From Minisyncoccota bacterium (GTDB lineage Bacteria > Patescibacteriota > Minisyncoccia > Phycocordibacterales > UBA9973): a stretch of 49,056 nt of DNA. Position numbers and translations under genes: made by a program. Every line of letters starts with the position of its first letter. Position 1 is the stretch's first letter. The notes below the pieces were generated by a model. It ran no database searches, was not told the DNA's origin, and saw only the letters and a list, made by a program, of their open reading frames with translations. Of this stretch, positions 17,345 to 25,347 are shown piece by piece. The stretch is from NCBI GenBank assembly GCA_035438585.1, contig DAORIO010000001.1, forward strand, positions 1-49,056, written 5' to 3'.

Positions 17345-18019
17345 ATGGAAAATAAAGAACAAAAAACAAAAAATTTTAAATTCTTAAACATGACCTCTGT
17401 TGGTTTGGGTTTTTTGGCTACTATTTCTATTGCTGGTTTTTGGCATGAAATAAAAGAATCCGCATTTTCTGTTGATTCAATTTTAATTTCATTAGTTCTT
17501 ATCCTTTTCGGTTTTCTGGTTGGTAGGTCTTTAGCAAAGCATTTGTCTGTTTGCTCTCATGACCACTCAGATCACCCAAAAGATTATTGGTTTATTGGCA
17601 TTGTTGTTTTGGGTAGCTTGGTTCATACATTTTTTGATGGATCAATTGTTCACGAGGGCTTTTCTGAATCAATTGTCGAAGGGTTCATTTTATTACTCGC
17701 TATTTTGGGCCATGAAATAATAAGAACAATTGTTTTGTATAAAGTACTAAGAGTAATGTCTTTTCCTAAAAAAGTTGCAATATTATCGGTCTTCGGTGTT
17801 TCTTTGCTTGGTATCTTTTTAGGATTTGCCTTTTCTTCAATCATATCTCTTGGAAAATATGAAGGATTTGGTCACTTAATATCCGGAACTCTTTTTGTGG
17901 CTGTTGCAACAGATTTGTTTTATTACCTAAGGTCTCACGGAGGTAAGATAAAAAAAGAATTTCTATTCTTGGGTGTGTTACTTGTATTTGTTCTTCATTT
18001 TCTGCACATTGGTCACTAA
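17345..18019 (+). CDS. ZIP-family-like divalent metal transporter
   Basis: Multi-TM protein. HDHSDHPKD loop, HTFFDGSIVHEGF and LGHEIIRT resemble the ZIP TM4/TM5 motifs. Divergent from the fur-family gene. Confidence 0.5.
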   Translation: MENKEQKTKNFKFLNMTSVGLGFLATISIAGFWHEIKESAFSVDSILISLVLILFGFLVGRSLAKHLSVCSHDHSDHPKDYWFIGIVVLGSLVHTFFDGSIVHEGFSESIVEGFILLLAILGHEIIRTIVLYKVLRVMSFPKKVAILSVFGVSLLGIFLGFAFSSIISLGKYEGFGHLISGTLFVAVATDLFYYLRSHGGKIKKEFLFLGVLLVFVLHFLHIGH

Positions 18020-18043
18020 GCGCTCAAATTGAGCGCTTTTTTA
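18019..18043 (+). terminator. Rho-independent terminator
   Basis: AGCGCTCA/TGAGCGCT, then T6. Confidence 0.75.
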
Positions 18044-18079
18044 TTAGACTTTATTTTTTATAACTTATAAGATTAGACT

Positions 18080-19213
18080 ATGAATATTTTAAAGAAAGTT
18101 TTTGTTCCAATTATTTTTTTGATTTTTCTTTTTTCTGTAAATAATGTATTCGCCCAAGAAGCTTATGATGAGTATCAGGCAACTTGGAAGGGAAAGGTGG
18201 TAGAAGTTTTGTCTACAGAGTCTGTCGAAATAGAAGGAACTGGAACAAGGGAAAAACTTCAATCCATAAGGGTGGAAATTTTAGATGGACCAAGGGCTGG
18301 AGAAGAAATTTTAATTAAAGATGATTATTTAAAACTTGAAAAAGGAGATAAATTATTTTTTGATTATTTTTTAACTCTAGAAGGAAGGGAGTTTTTTCAA
18401 GTAAAGGATATATATAGAATTAATACTTTGATTGTTTTTATTGCGCTGTTTATCTTTGTTGTAATAATTTTTGGTGGATTTCAGGGGGCGAGGTCTCTGA
18501 TGGCTCTAGCGGGAAGTTTTTTTGCTTTGTTTTATGTTTTAATGCCGGGCCTTCTAGCTGGATGGTCTCCCGTAATTTCTAGTATATTAGTTGCTGGAAT
18601 TATACTTTTTGTCGCAATTTTTTTTACTCATGGCTTTAATAGAGAGTCAGCTGTTTCTTATTTTGGAACAATGTTTGCAGTAGCTTTAACTGGTGTTTTG
18701 GCTTATCTAGCAGTTGATCTAAATAATCTTTCTGGTTTCGCTACAGAAGAATCTGTTTATTTAAACTTTAACACACAAGGAGTCCTTGATTTTAGGGGGC
18801 TTCTTTTGGGTGCCATAATAATTGGAGTCTTGGGTGTTTTGGATGATATTGCAATTACTCAATCAGCTGTTGTTACAGAATTATTTAATGTAAATCCCAA
18901 TTTAACCAGAGCGGAAGTTTACAAAAGGGCTATACGAGTGGGTAGGGAGCACGTTAGCGCATTGGTGAATACATTGGTTTTGGCATATACAGGTTCTGCT
19001 CTGCCGGTGCTTTTGTATTTTTATGCATCACCTTCGACAATATTAATGTCGGTAAATTCTGAAATATTTGCAACTGAAATAATAAGAGCAATAGTCGGTA
19101 GTGTTGGGCTTATTTTAACTGTTCCAATTGTAACATTCTTGGCTGTTATTTATTTAAAGGGTCAAAAAAGTAAGGTTGGTAGTCATCACCACCATCATGG
19201 ACATGTGCATTAA
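18080..19213 (+). CDS. YibE/F-family membrane protein with a natural C-terminal His-rich tail
   Basis: Signal/TM, soluble N-domain, then about 7 TM helices. Ends GSHHHHHGHVH. Confidence 0.6.
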   Translation: MNILKKVFVPIIFLIFLFSVNNVFAQEAYDEYQATWKGKVVEVLSTESVEIEGTGTREKLQSIRVEILDGPRAGEEILIKDDYLKLEKGDKLFFDYFLTLEGREFFQVKDIYRINTLIVFIALFIFVVIIFGGFQGARSLMALAGSFFALFYVLMPGLLAGWSPVISSILVAGIILFVAIFFTHGFNRESAVSYFGTMFAVALTGVLAYLAVDLNNLSGFATEESVYLNFNTQGVLDFRGLLLGAIIIGVLGVLDDIAITQSAVVTELFNVNPNLTRAEVYKRAIRVGREHVSALVNTLVLAYTGSALPVLLYFYASPSTILMSVNSEIFATEIIRAIVGSVGLILTVPIVTFLAVIYLKGQKSKVGSHHHHHGHVH

Positions 19214-19308
19214 TTTGCGCAGGACTTGTAATTTCTTAATTTTGTATTAATATACAAGGGTTATTAATAATTATTAATTTCAAATTTTTAATTGTTGATT
19301 TTTTATAT

Positions 19309-19381
19309 CCGCCCATAGCTCAGCCGGTAGAGCAGCTCCCTTTTAAGGAGAAGGTCCTAGGTTCGATTCCTAGTGGGCGGA
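19309..19381 (+). tRNA. tRNA-Lys (anticodon UUU), no encoded CCA
   Basis: Manual cloverleaf: acceptor CCGCCCA/TGGGCGG, D arm GCTC/GAGC, anticodon loop CTTTTAA, T arm CTAGG-TTCGATT-CCTAG. Confidence 0.9.
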
Positions 19382-19531
19382 CAAATTTGGACGATAGGAC
19401 AATTTGTCCGCCCAAGCGAGACATCTGCTTGTCTCGCGCCTAGGAATCGAAAAGCTTTTCATTATTTTCGAAGAGCTTTGCTCTCCGAAAATTGAAAAGG
19501 TATACTGTTCGCGTAGCGAAAGATTCCTAGT
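19382..19531 (+). ncRNA. tRNA-trailing structured element, copy 1 (host tRNA-Lys)
   Basis: AATTTGTCCGCCCA (19401-19414) is the exact reverse complement of the tRNA 3' end plus trailer at 19374-19387. Hairpin GCGAGACA/TGTCTCGC has a CTGC-containing loop (19416-19437). CTAGGAATCGAA (19440-19451) is the exact reverse complement of the T-arm at 19362-19373. The conserved core hairpin spans 19452-19500. GGTATACTG follows, then P4 TTCGC-GTA-GCGAA (19508-19520). The sense copy GATTCCTAGT (19522-19531) is identical to 19365-19374. Confidence 0.75.
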
Positions 19532-19590
19532 ATTTCGGCTCGCGAGATTTTTTCGTCAGAAAAAATACTTGTGAGGATAAACTTATTTTT

Positions 19591-20058
19591 ATGAAAATCA
19601 CCATAATTTTAGACAACATCCGTAGCTCCGAAAATGTCGGGTCTATTTTTCGAACCTCTGACGCAGTTGGGGTAGATAAAATATATCTTATTGGAATAAC
19701 TCCAAATCCACTTGATCGTTTTGGTAGACCAAATCCAAAAATAGAAAAAGCATCTTTAGGCGCAGAGAAAACTATTCCATGGGAGCATTTTGAAAATATA
19801 ACGGAAGTTATAGAAAGCCTTAAGAAAGAAGGTTATAAAATTGTTTCACTCGAGCAAAATGAGAAATCGATTGATTATCGAGATTTGAAAATAAAAGAAA
19901 AAATTGCTCTTATTGTAGGTAATGAGGTTAGCGGTGTTTCAATAGATGCGCAAAATGAAAGTGATGAAATAATAGAAATACCAATGGCGGGGAATAAAGA
20001 ATCTCTCAACGTTTCAGTTGCTACGGGTGTTGCTTTATTTTCACTCCTTAAGAAATAG
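19591..20058 (+). CDS. SpoU/TrmH-family RNA 2'-O-methyltransferase (short form)
   Basis: ENVGSIFRTSDAVG, GNEVSGVS, IPMAGNKESLNVSVATGVALF. Confidence 0.8.
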   Translation: MKITIILDNIRSSENVGSIFRTSDAVGVDKIYLIGITPNPLDRFGRPNPKIEKASLGAEKTIPWEHFENITEVIESLKKEGYKIVSLEQNEKSIDYRDLKIKEKIALIVGNEVSGVSIDAQNESDEIIEIPMAGNKESLNVSVATGVALFSLLKK

Positions 20059-20212
20059 AAGAGGTGTTGCTTAAATTAAGATATGGGCTCTTTAGGTCTT
20101 GCGCTCTTTCGTATCCTCCAGTCATGTACCACAAGAAAAATATACCAATTAAAATTAGTAAAAGATTTTTTAAATCTTTCATTGCATCTGGTGCTTTTGG
20201 TTTATCTGCCAT
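20048..20212 (-). CDS. Possible 54-aa single-TM peptide
   Basis: Own translation: MADKPKAPDAMKDLKNLLLILIGIFFLWYMTGGYERAQDLKSPYLNLSNTSSIS. TATAAT lies a few nt upstream of the ATG. Below the track cut-off. Confidence 0.3.
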   Translation of the reverse strand: MADKPKAPDAMKDLKNLLLILIGIFFLWYMTGGYERAQDLKSPYLNLSNTSSIS

Positions 20213-20264
20213 AAATATATTATAAGTTATAAAGTAGAAAGTTTATAAAGTTATAAAGTGGATA

Positions 20265-21191
20265 TTATTTGAAAAGCTTTTGGTGTACAGGGCAAAAATG
20301 CGAACTTCGTCCACCAACAACCAGTCTTTCGATTGTTCCACTACAGTTTTTCTTTTTACATTTTTTTCCTTTTAATCTGTAGACATTGTGTGCGTGATGA
20401 AATTTCCCGTGTTCGCCGTGAATGTTTCTATAATCACTTGTCGAATCTCCACCAAAATCAATTCCTTTTTCTAATACTTTAACTGTTGCTTTGTAGAGTT
20501 CCGAAATAGATTTTTCAGGCATTTTTGAAACAATCGAAAGTGGATGAATATTCGCAAGCCAGAGTGCTTCGTCGGAATATATATTTCCAATACCAGCGAT
20601 TATGGTTTGATCAAGTAAAATACTTTTTATTTTTCCATTTGGTTTTGTATTTAATAATTCTCCAAACTTTTTCGAATTTAGATTTTTAGATAGAGCGTCA
20701 ATTCCTAGGGTATTTAAATGTTTAGAATTTTCAATATCGTCTGAATTTAAAATTGTAATTTTGCCGAATTTTCTAGTATCACAAAAAACTAAGTGCATGG
20801 CATTGTCTAAGATAAAAACAACTCTCACAAATCTGTTGTATGGGTCGCGAAGTTTTTCATTCTTTTCGTTTTGGTGGGGAATCCAGGAATTATTTTTTTT
20901 ATCATATTCATATTGTCCGTACATCAAATGCCCAGTCATTTTCATGTGAATTAAAATTGTCCTGCCTTCAGTTAGGTGGATTAAAATATTTTTACCAACA
21001 CGTTCTGCTTTTAAAAATTTTTTACCTTTTATTTCTTTTTGTAGATGTTTAAAAAAGAGGGGATTTTTTATTGTGTCAGATTGTCTTTTGTCTTTGGAAT
21101 TTAGGCTCGTCCAAACATCTACAAAAGCGCGCCCTTTTAGGACTTTGTTTACGCCCAATGTTGTTGTGTGAACTTCGGGTAATTCCGGCAT
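20265..21191 (-). CDS. mutM: Formamidopyrimidine-DNA glycosylase
   Basis: MPELPEVHT N-terminus, H2TH region, C-terminal zinc finger CKKKNC...CPVHQ. Extended -10 TGcTAATAT lies 6 nt before the ATG. Confidence 0.9.
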   Translation of the reverse strand: MPELPEVHTTTLGVNKVLKGRAFVDVWTSLNSKDKRQSDTIKNPLFFKHLQKEIKGKKFLKAERVGKNILIHLTEGRTILIHMKMTGHLMYGQYEYDKKNNSWIPHQNEKNEKLRDPYNRFVRVVFILDNAMHLVFCDTRKFGKITILNSDDIENSKHLNTLGIDALSKNLNSKKFGELLNTKPNGKIKSILLDQTIIAGIGNIYSDEALWLANIHPLSIVSKMPEKSISELYKATVKVLEKGIDFGGDSTSDYRNIHGEHGKFHHAHNVYRLKGKKCKKKNCSGTIERLVVGGRSSHFCPVHQKLFK

Positions 21192-21270
21192 AGAATGATA
21201 TTAGCATAATTTGACAAAGCTAATAAATAAGGTAGTTTTAGAATTAGAAAACTCTAAAAATAAATATCGT

Positions 21271-21846
21271 ATGAAAAAAATGATTCTTGTAATTCTCGGC
21301 TACTTTGTGGTCGGGTTGAACTATGTATTTGCACAAGAGTGTGAGTACGTAAGGTGTGTACAGGTTTTTGAAGCAAGAGACCCTAAAAAGTTTTTTGAAG
21401 AAGTATCCTTGGACACAATTAGTTTTGTTCCCTTTAAAGACTCAGACAGAAAATCTTGGGGATTGGAGTATCCAGTTTCGCGAGCAGAGTTCAAAGTAGA
21501 AGCTCTGTCTTCAGAAGGAGACACCGTAGAAGTTTCTATCTATGGGATTTATTATCCAACAAGTTTTGAATTTTTTTGGAATTTTCCAGATACCGCAAAT
21601 GATTTGAAAACAATCGCTTTTGATAGGAAAGGATTTATGACAAATTTTTTTTGGTACAAGATGAATAAAAATAATAACAGGACGGTTAATTTAAGCTACT
21701 CTGTTGATGATTCAGCAGATCGGGATCTTGAAAAAATAGTAAATTATGTAGAAGAAGGTAAAAATTTTCTTTTTTTATTTGATGCAAAACTAAAAATAAA
21801 ACGCGAATTGTTTAAGTTAGATTACGCATTTCCTCTAATGAGGTAG
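21271..21846 (+). CDS. Secreted hypothetical protein
   Basis: The ATG at 21271 gives signal peptide MKKMILVILGYFVVGLNYVFAQE. The track's TTG start at 21211 is itself a TTGACA -35 box. Confidence 0.55.
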   Translation: MKKMILVILGYFVVGLNYVFAQECEYVRCVQVFEARDPKKFFEEVSLDTISFVPFKDSDRKSWGLEYPVSRAEFKVEALSSEGDTVEVSIYGIYYPTSFEFFWNFPDTANDLKTIAFDRKGFMTNFFWYKMNKNNNRTVNLSYSVDDSADRDLEKIVNYVEEGKNFLFLFDAKLKIKRELFKLDYAFPLMR

Positions 21847-21847
21847 A

Positions 21848-21880
21848 CTAATCCCGCATTTTTAGTGCGGGATTTTTATT
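21848..21880. terminator. Bidirectional terminator
   Basis: AATCCCGCA/TGCGGGATT (21850-21874), then T-run. Abuts the ruvA stop. Confidence 0.75.
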
Positions 21881-22454
21881 TTTTAGTATTTAAATTTTTT
21901 AGCGCTAAAGTTATTTTTGCTCCAACATCTGTAATATTTTCAGGAATATTTTTTAGAGCTTCCCGTGCGTCTTCTCGAGAATAGCCCAAAGATTCAAGCG
22001 CAAGTATTGCATCAGCTTCGCGTCCAAGTTCGCCGTCAATAGACTGATGCCCAAGAGAGAGTAATTTGTCGCGAAGTTCGATAACTATTTTTTCCGCAGT
22101 CTTCTTTCCAATACCAGAAACTTTTTTCAAATATTCCACGTCACCAGAGCCAATTGCTTTTTTCAAACTCTCAGTTGATCCAATGGAAATAATAGAAACG
22201 GCGCTTTTTGGGCCAACACCCGAGACTTGAAGAAGGTTTTCAAAAAAGACCAAATCATCCTTTTTAGTAAACCCATAAAGTTCATGAGCATCTTCGCGGA
22301 TTACGAGTTTTGTTCGAAAAACTTCTTCATTTCCGGGTTTTGTTCTTATAAGGTCGTCCGTTGTGCAAAATATTTCATAGCCGATACCGCCAGTTTCCAA
22401 AATAAGAGATTTTTCATTTATTTCTAGGACTTTTCCTTTTATTAGTCTGATCAT
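21876..22454 (-). CDS. ruvA: Holliday junction DNA helicase subunit RuvA
   Basis: MIRLIKGKVLE...GGIGYEI, two HhH motifs (GVGPKSA, GIGKKTAEKI), C-terminal domain III. Extended -10 TGaTAGCAT lies 7 nt before the ATG. Confidence 0.9.
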   Translation of the reverse strand: MIRLIKGKVLEINEKSLILETGGIGYEIFCTTDDLIRTKPGNEEVFRTKLVIREDAHELYGFTKKDDLVFFENLLQVSGVGPKSAVSIISIGSTESLKKAIGSGDVEYLKKVSGIGKKTAEKIVIELRDKLLSLGHQSIDGELGREADAILALESLGYSREDAREALKNIPENITDVGAKITLALKNLNTKK

Positions 22455-22604
22455 ACTCCTTATGCTATCAAATCTTGCTAGTATTGGGAATTTCTGGTAA
22501 ATTCAAGTTATTCAGGTGGCCTTGTGGCACTGAAGGCGCCGTGTCAAAGGTTCAAAATTATCTATCAAATTTATTACAAATTATTATTTAATTCATAAAG
22601 TATT

Positions 22605-22859
22605 ATGCCAATTACAAAATCAGCTAAAAAAGCATTAAGACAATCTGGCCGAAAAAGAGCGGTTAATGATCGACGAAGAAAGGCGATGAGAGAAGCTATC
22701 AAGACAGTTGAAAAACTAGTTAAGGGTGGAAAAGGGGACGAAGCAAAAAAGACTCTTTCAACTGCATTCCAAGCAATCGATAAGGCAGGAAAGGCTGGAG
22801 TTATTAAAAAAGGGAACGCCTCAAGAAAGAAATCTCGACTAGCAAAAATAGTTAAATAA
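22605..22859 (+). CDS. rpsT: 30S ribosomal protein bS20
   Basis: MPITKSAKKALRQSGRKRAVNDRRRKAMREAIK. Basic, 84 aa. Confidence 0.9.
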   Translation: MPITKSAKKALRQSGRKRAVNDRRRKAMREAIKTVEKLVKGGKGDEAKKTLSTAFQAIDKAGKAGVIKKGNASRKKSRLAKIVK

Positions 22860-22860
22860 T

Positions 22861-23121
22861 ATGTCTTTGTTTTTTTACTACGGAGACGAATGTCCGCACT
22901 GTGAAAAAATGATGCCATTGATTGATCAGCTTGAAAAAGAAACAGATGTGAAAGTGGAGAGGGTGGAAGTCTGGCACAATGACGAAAATATGCATGAACT
23001 AGAATCTATCCCAGAACAGAAAGATTGCGGAGGAGTTCCATATCTTTGGAATGATGTCTCTCGAAAAGGAATTTGCGGAGAAGCGACAATTGAGGAGCTA
23101 AAATCGTGGGCAGGTGCCTAA
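22861..23121 (+). CDS. Small thioredoxin-fold protein (CPHC)
   Basis: FFYYGDECPHCEKMMP. 86 aa. Starts 2 nt after rpsT. Confidence 0.6.
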   Translation: MSLFFYYGDECPHCEKMMPLIDQLEKETDVKVERVEVWHNDENMHELESIPEQKDCGGVPYLWNDVSRKGICGEATIEELKSWAGA

Positions 23122-23147
23122 GATGTGAGTTCGTCGAATAGGTAAAA

Positions 23148-23178
23148 TAAAAAGGCGGGATAATTCCCGCCTTTTTTA
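23148..23178. terminator. Bidirectional terminator
   Basis: AGGCGGGA-TAAT-TCCCGCCT (23153-23172), flanked by an A-run and a T-run. Confidence 0.8.
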
Positions 23179-23823
23179 ATAATCTGCCATTTCAACTATC
23201 GGCTCAAAACCAGTAGCTTTCATTTTTAATCTTGTAGCTGCCATATCTGAATCTGTAACTTTAATATGGTCGAACCATTCAGAAAAAGTTCCCAAAATCC
23301 AATGTTGTTCTATTGGAGTATAAGAAGACAATTTTTGCTTTAAATGAACAACAGTTTCAAAATATTCACCTTCAGTATTGTATTCCATGCCAATTTTTAA
23401 AATTTGGCTATTTAAGAAATCCATACCTTTAACATAATACTTATTTTCAACAATTAATTTTGCGTATTCTTTATCTTGCTGCTTAATCTTGTTAATTGTT
23501 TCAGTAAGTTTTTTTGAGTAAATACTTCCATCACTCATTTTGCTCCATGTGTGTATGCCACATTTGTCCATTACGGCAAGAAAGTCGATATCACTATTCA
23601 CATTTTTCATTGCCAGAAGTGCTTGTGTGTTCATCTTTTCATACAAATACACAATAGCTGTGTCATAGCTTGAATAACGATTCGGCAACTTAGCGTAGAG
23701 GTCTGCGTAAGTATTCATGTGCTCCCTTACTTTAGGAGAAACTTTGTACTGTGTCTGTGTTTGAGCTACAAGAGGTAAGCTTAAAATAATTAGGCAAAAT
23801 AAGTAAGTGCTTAATTTTTTCAT
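23176..23823 (-). CDS. Secreted hypothetical protein
   Basis: Signal peptide MKKLSTYLFCLIILSLPLVAQTQ. Confidence 0.55.
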   Translation of the reverse strand: MKKLSTYLFCLIILSLPLVAQTQTQYKVSPKVREHMNTYADLYAKLPNRYSSYDTAIVYLYEKMNTQALLAMKNVNSDIDFLAVMDKCGIHTWSKMSDGSIYSKKLTETINKIKQQDKEYAKLIVENKYYVKGMDFLNSQILKIGMEYNTEGEYFETVVHLKQKLSSYTPIEQHWILGTFSEWFDHIKVTDSDMAATRLKMKATGFEPIVEMADY

Positions 23824-23859
23824 TTTCTTAGGGTTTTAAATTGTTTATGAATTTTCTAT

Positions 23860-23887
23860 ATAGTATCATTAATTATCTTTTTGTCAA
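23860..23887 (-). promoter_or_regulatory. Promoter TTGACA-N16-TACTAT for the gene starting at 23823
   Basis: Complement of 23882-23887 = TTGACA. Complement of 23860-23865 = TACTAT. Confidence 0.5.
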
Positions 23888-23896
23888 ATAGAATAA

Positions 23897-23925
23897 AAAA
23901 CACCCCACGCGGGGTGTTTTTTTGA
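23897..23925. terminator. Symmetric terminator-like hairpin between two divergent promoters
   Basis: A6-ACACCCC-ACGC-GGGGTGT-T7 (stem 23900-23917). Confidence 0.4.
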
Positions 23926-23950
23926 CAGTAATACTGTTAGCCTGTAGTGT
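23922..23950 (+). promoter_or_regulatory. Promoter TTGACA-N17-TAGTGT
   Basis: TTGACA 23922-23927, TAGTGT 23945-23950, ATG 23981. Confidence 0.5.
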
Positions 23951-23980
23951 ACTTAAAAACATTCTTAAAAACTAAAAAAT

Positions 23981-25039
23981 ATGAAAAAAATTGATGGACA
24001 CGGACACATACTTCCGCAGGCAAACGAAATTCCAAAAAGTATAAAAGATGCGGGGTATTTTAACATTGTAAATCACCCCGGCAAGCTAATAATGACTCAA
24101 GATTTTATAAAGTGGAGTCGGCCAATATCGGACGAAACATTTTTTGTAGAACCAAGGCTTGAATGGATGGAGAGACATAATATCTCTCAAACAGTGCTAA
24201 TAACCCTTTCTCAGTTGTATTGTAATGGTGTAAAAAGTAATCAGGCGGCGTTTGATATTATGAAGTTTCAAAATGATTTTCATTTGGGTCTACAAACAAA
24301 GTATCCAAAAAAATTTTTTTGTGGTTTTGTGGGGATGCCGAGAATGCTCGAAGCAACACTTAGAGAAATGGAGATTCGTCAAAAAGAGGGCTTGCAATTT
24401 CTTTGTTTGCCAACTCATTACAAGCTTGAAAATGGAAAGTATGTTTCATCAACAGATAAAAATTGCAACGAAATATTTTCTTTGGCAAATGAGCTTGGTT
24501 TACCAATTCAGTTTCATCCGTATGATTATGAAGAAATTTTTAACCTTGAGGATATTGATTCGGATTGGGCGGGACACAAATCTCCGATGCCGGCACTTAC
24601 GGCTCATTTTTATGATCGGTTAATTAGCCAAGGTTTGCACGAAAAATATCCAAATGTAAGATTTTATCTTTCTCATGGTAATTCAGTTGGAGTTTCAACC
24701 ATTGGAAGACAAAATCAGGCATGGCTTGGAAGGCCGGATTTGCGGGGAGCAGGAAGTAAAAGTCCACTCGAAGCCTTGAAAGCTGAAAATATTTTTGTGG
24801 ATTCAATTGTTCATGATCCAGATTTAATTTGGCTTTTAAAAAGAAAAATTGGAGTTGGTCAGATTATTCACGGCATTGATTCGCCGTATCCATTAGGGGA
24901 TGGGATAGATTATCTTGATGATGGTATGTACCCCGGCGCAACACTTGATCGTGCTGAAAAAGAAGGTTTTATAACTGATATTGAAAAACAAAAAATACTC
25001 AGTGAGAATGTCTTCAATTGGCTGTATGGTAAAAAGTAA
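23981..25039 (+). CDS. Amidohydrolase-2 (ACMSD-like) family metal-dependent hydrolase
   Basis: MKKIDGHGHILP N-terminal His pair, internal FHPYD and SHGNS, and DSPYP near the C-terminus. TIM-barrel amidohydrolase pattern. Confidence 0.65.
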   Translation: MKKIDGHGHILPQANEIPKSIKDAGYFNIVNHPGKLIMTQDFIKWSRPISDETFFVEPRLEWMERHNISQTVLITLSQLYCNGVKSNQAAFDIMKFQNDFHLGLQTKYPKKFFCGFVGMPRMLEATLREMEIRQKEGLQFLCLPTHYKLENGKYVSSTDKNCNEIFSLANELGLPIQFHPYDYEEIFNLEDIDSDWAGHKSPMPALTAHFYDRLISQGLHEKYPNVRFYLSHGNSVGVSTIGRQNQAWLGRPDLRGAGSKSPLEALKAENIFVDSIVHDPDLIWLLKRKIGVGQIIHGIDSPYPLGDGIDYLDDGMYPGATLDRAEKEGFITDIEKQKILSENVFNWLYGKK

Positions 25040-25042
25040 ATT

Positions 25043-25070
25043 AAAACACCTCGAAAGAGGTGTTTTTTTA
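25043..25070 (+). terminator. Rho-independent terminator
   Basis: ACACCTC-GAAA-GAGGTGT, then T7. Confidence 0.8.
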
Positions 25071-25074
25071 TTTT

Positions 25075-25103
25075 TTGACATTAAATATTTACAGGAGTAC
25101 TAT
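25075..25103 (+). promoter_or_regulatory. Promoter TTGACA-N17-TACTAT with no protein gene downstream
   Basis: TTGACA 25075-25080, TACTAT 25098-25103. Confidence 0.55.
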
Positions 25104-25109
25104 TGTTAA

Positions 25110-25343
25110 AAATAAATAAATTTAAAAGTCATGGAAACTGAAGTTTAAAAAAGTATCCTTAAAATCTTAAACAACAAATTATTCTCTGGGTTGTCTATAG
25201 GCAACCAACTTGTGTCTGAAAATTTCAGACTGGACAAACACAAACAGATTGATAATTTGGCTTGGCGGAGTAGCACTAAGTTGGGTCGTGGACTCAAGGC
25301 GTTTGAGATTTTAGTAGAGCCGGAGGTGTACTCCGGCTTTTTG
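25110..25343 (+). ncRNA. Candidate orphan transcript of about 235 nt (promoter to terminator), class unknown
   Basis: Bounded by the promoter above and the terminator AGCCGGAG-GTGTA-CTCCGGCT plus T5 (25318-25343). Internal palindromic hairpins GTCTGAAA/TTTCAGAC (25214-25229) and CTCAA-GGCG-TTGAG. It contains only a TTG-initiated ORF that runs through the terminator. Confidence 0.35.
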
Positions 25344-25347
25344 TTTT

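Noticed and set aside
19210-19222. A 13-nt identity TAATTTGCGCAGG between the region upstream of tRNA-Lys and the tRNA-Leu 5' junction (44078-44090).
   Set aside because: It is short enough to arise by chance in a 49-kb AT-rich window, and no further tRNA-Leu similarity follows.
19382-19531. Interpretation of the trailing elements as T-loop introns or split/permuted tRNA halves.
   Set aside because: Each upstream tRNA already folds into a complete cloverleaf with intact acceptor and T arms. In three copies the downstream sense copy stops 1-2 nt into the acceptor strand, so it cannot complete an alternative tRNA.
22455-22461. AAGGAG upstream of ruvA as a Shine-Dalgarno site.
   Set aside because: It ends 1 nt before the ATG, too close to act as a ribosome-binding site. 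It instead occupies the 7-nt gap after the extended -10 box TGaTAGCAT.
22513-22545. A GC-rich patch upstream of rpsT as an S20 autoregulatory leader structure.
   Set aside because: Only a weak 5-bp hairpin (GCCTT...AAGGC) can be drawn. I cannot support a defined structure without comparative data.
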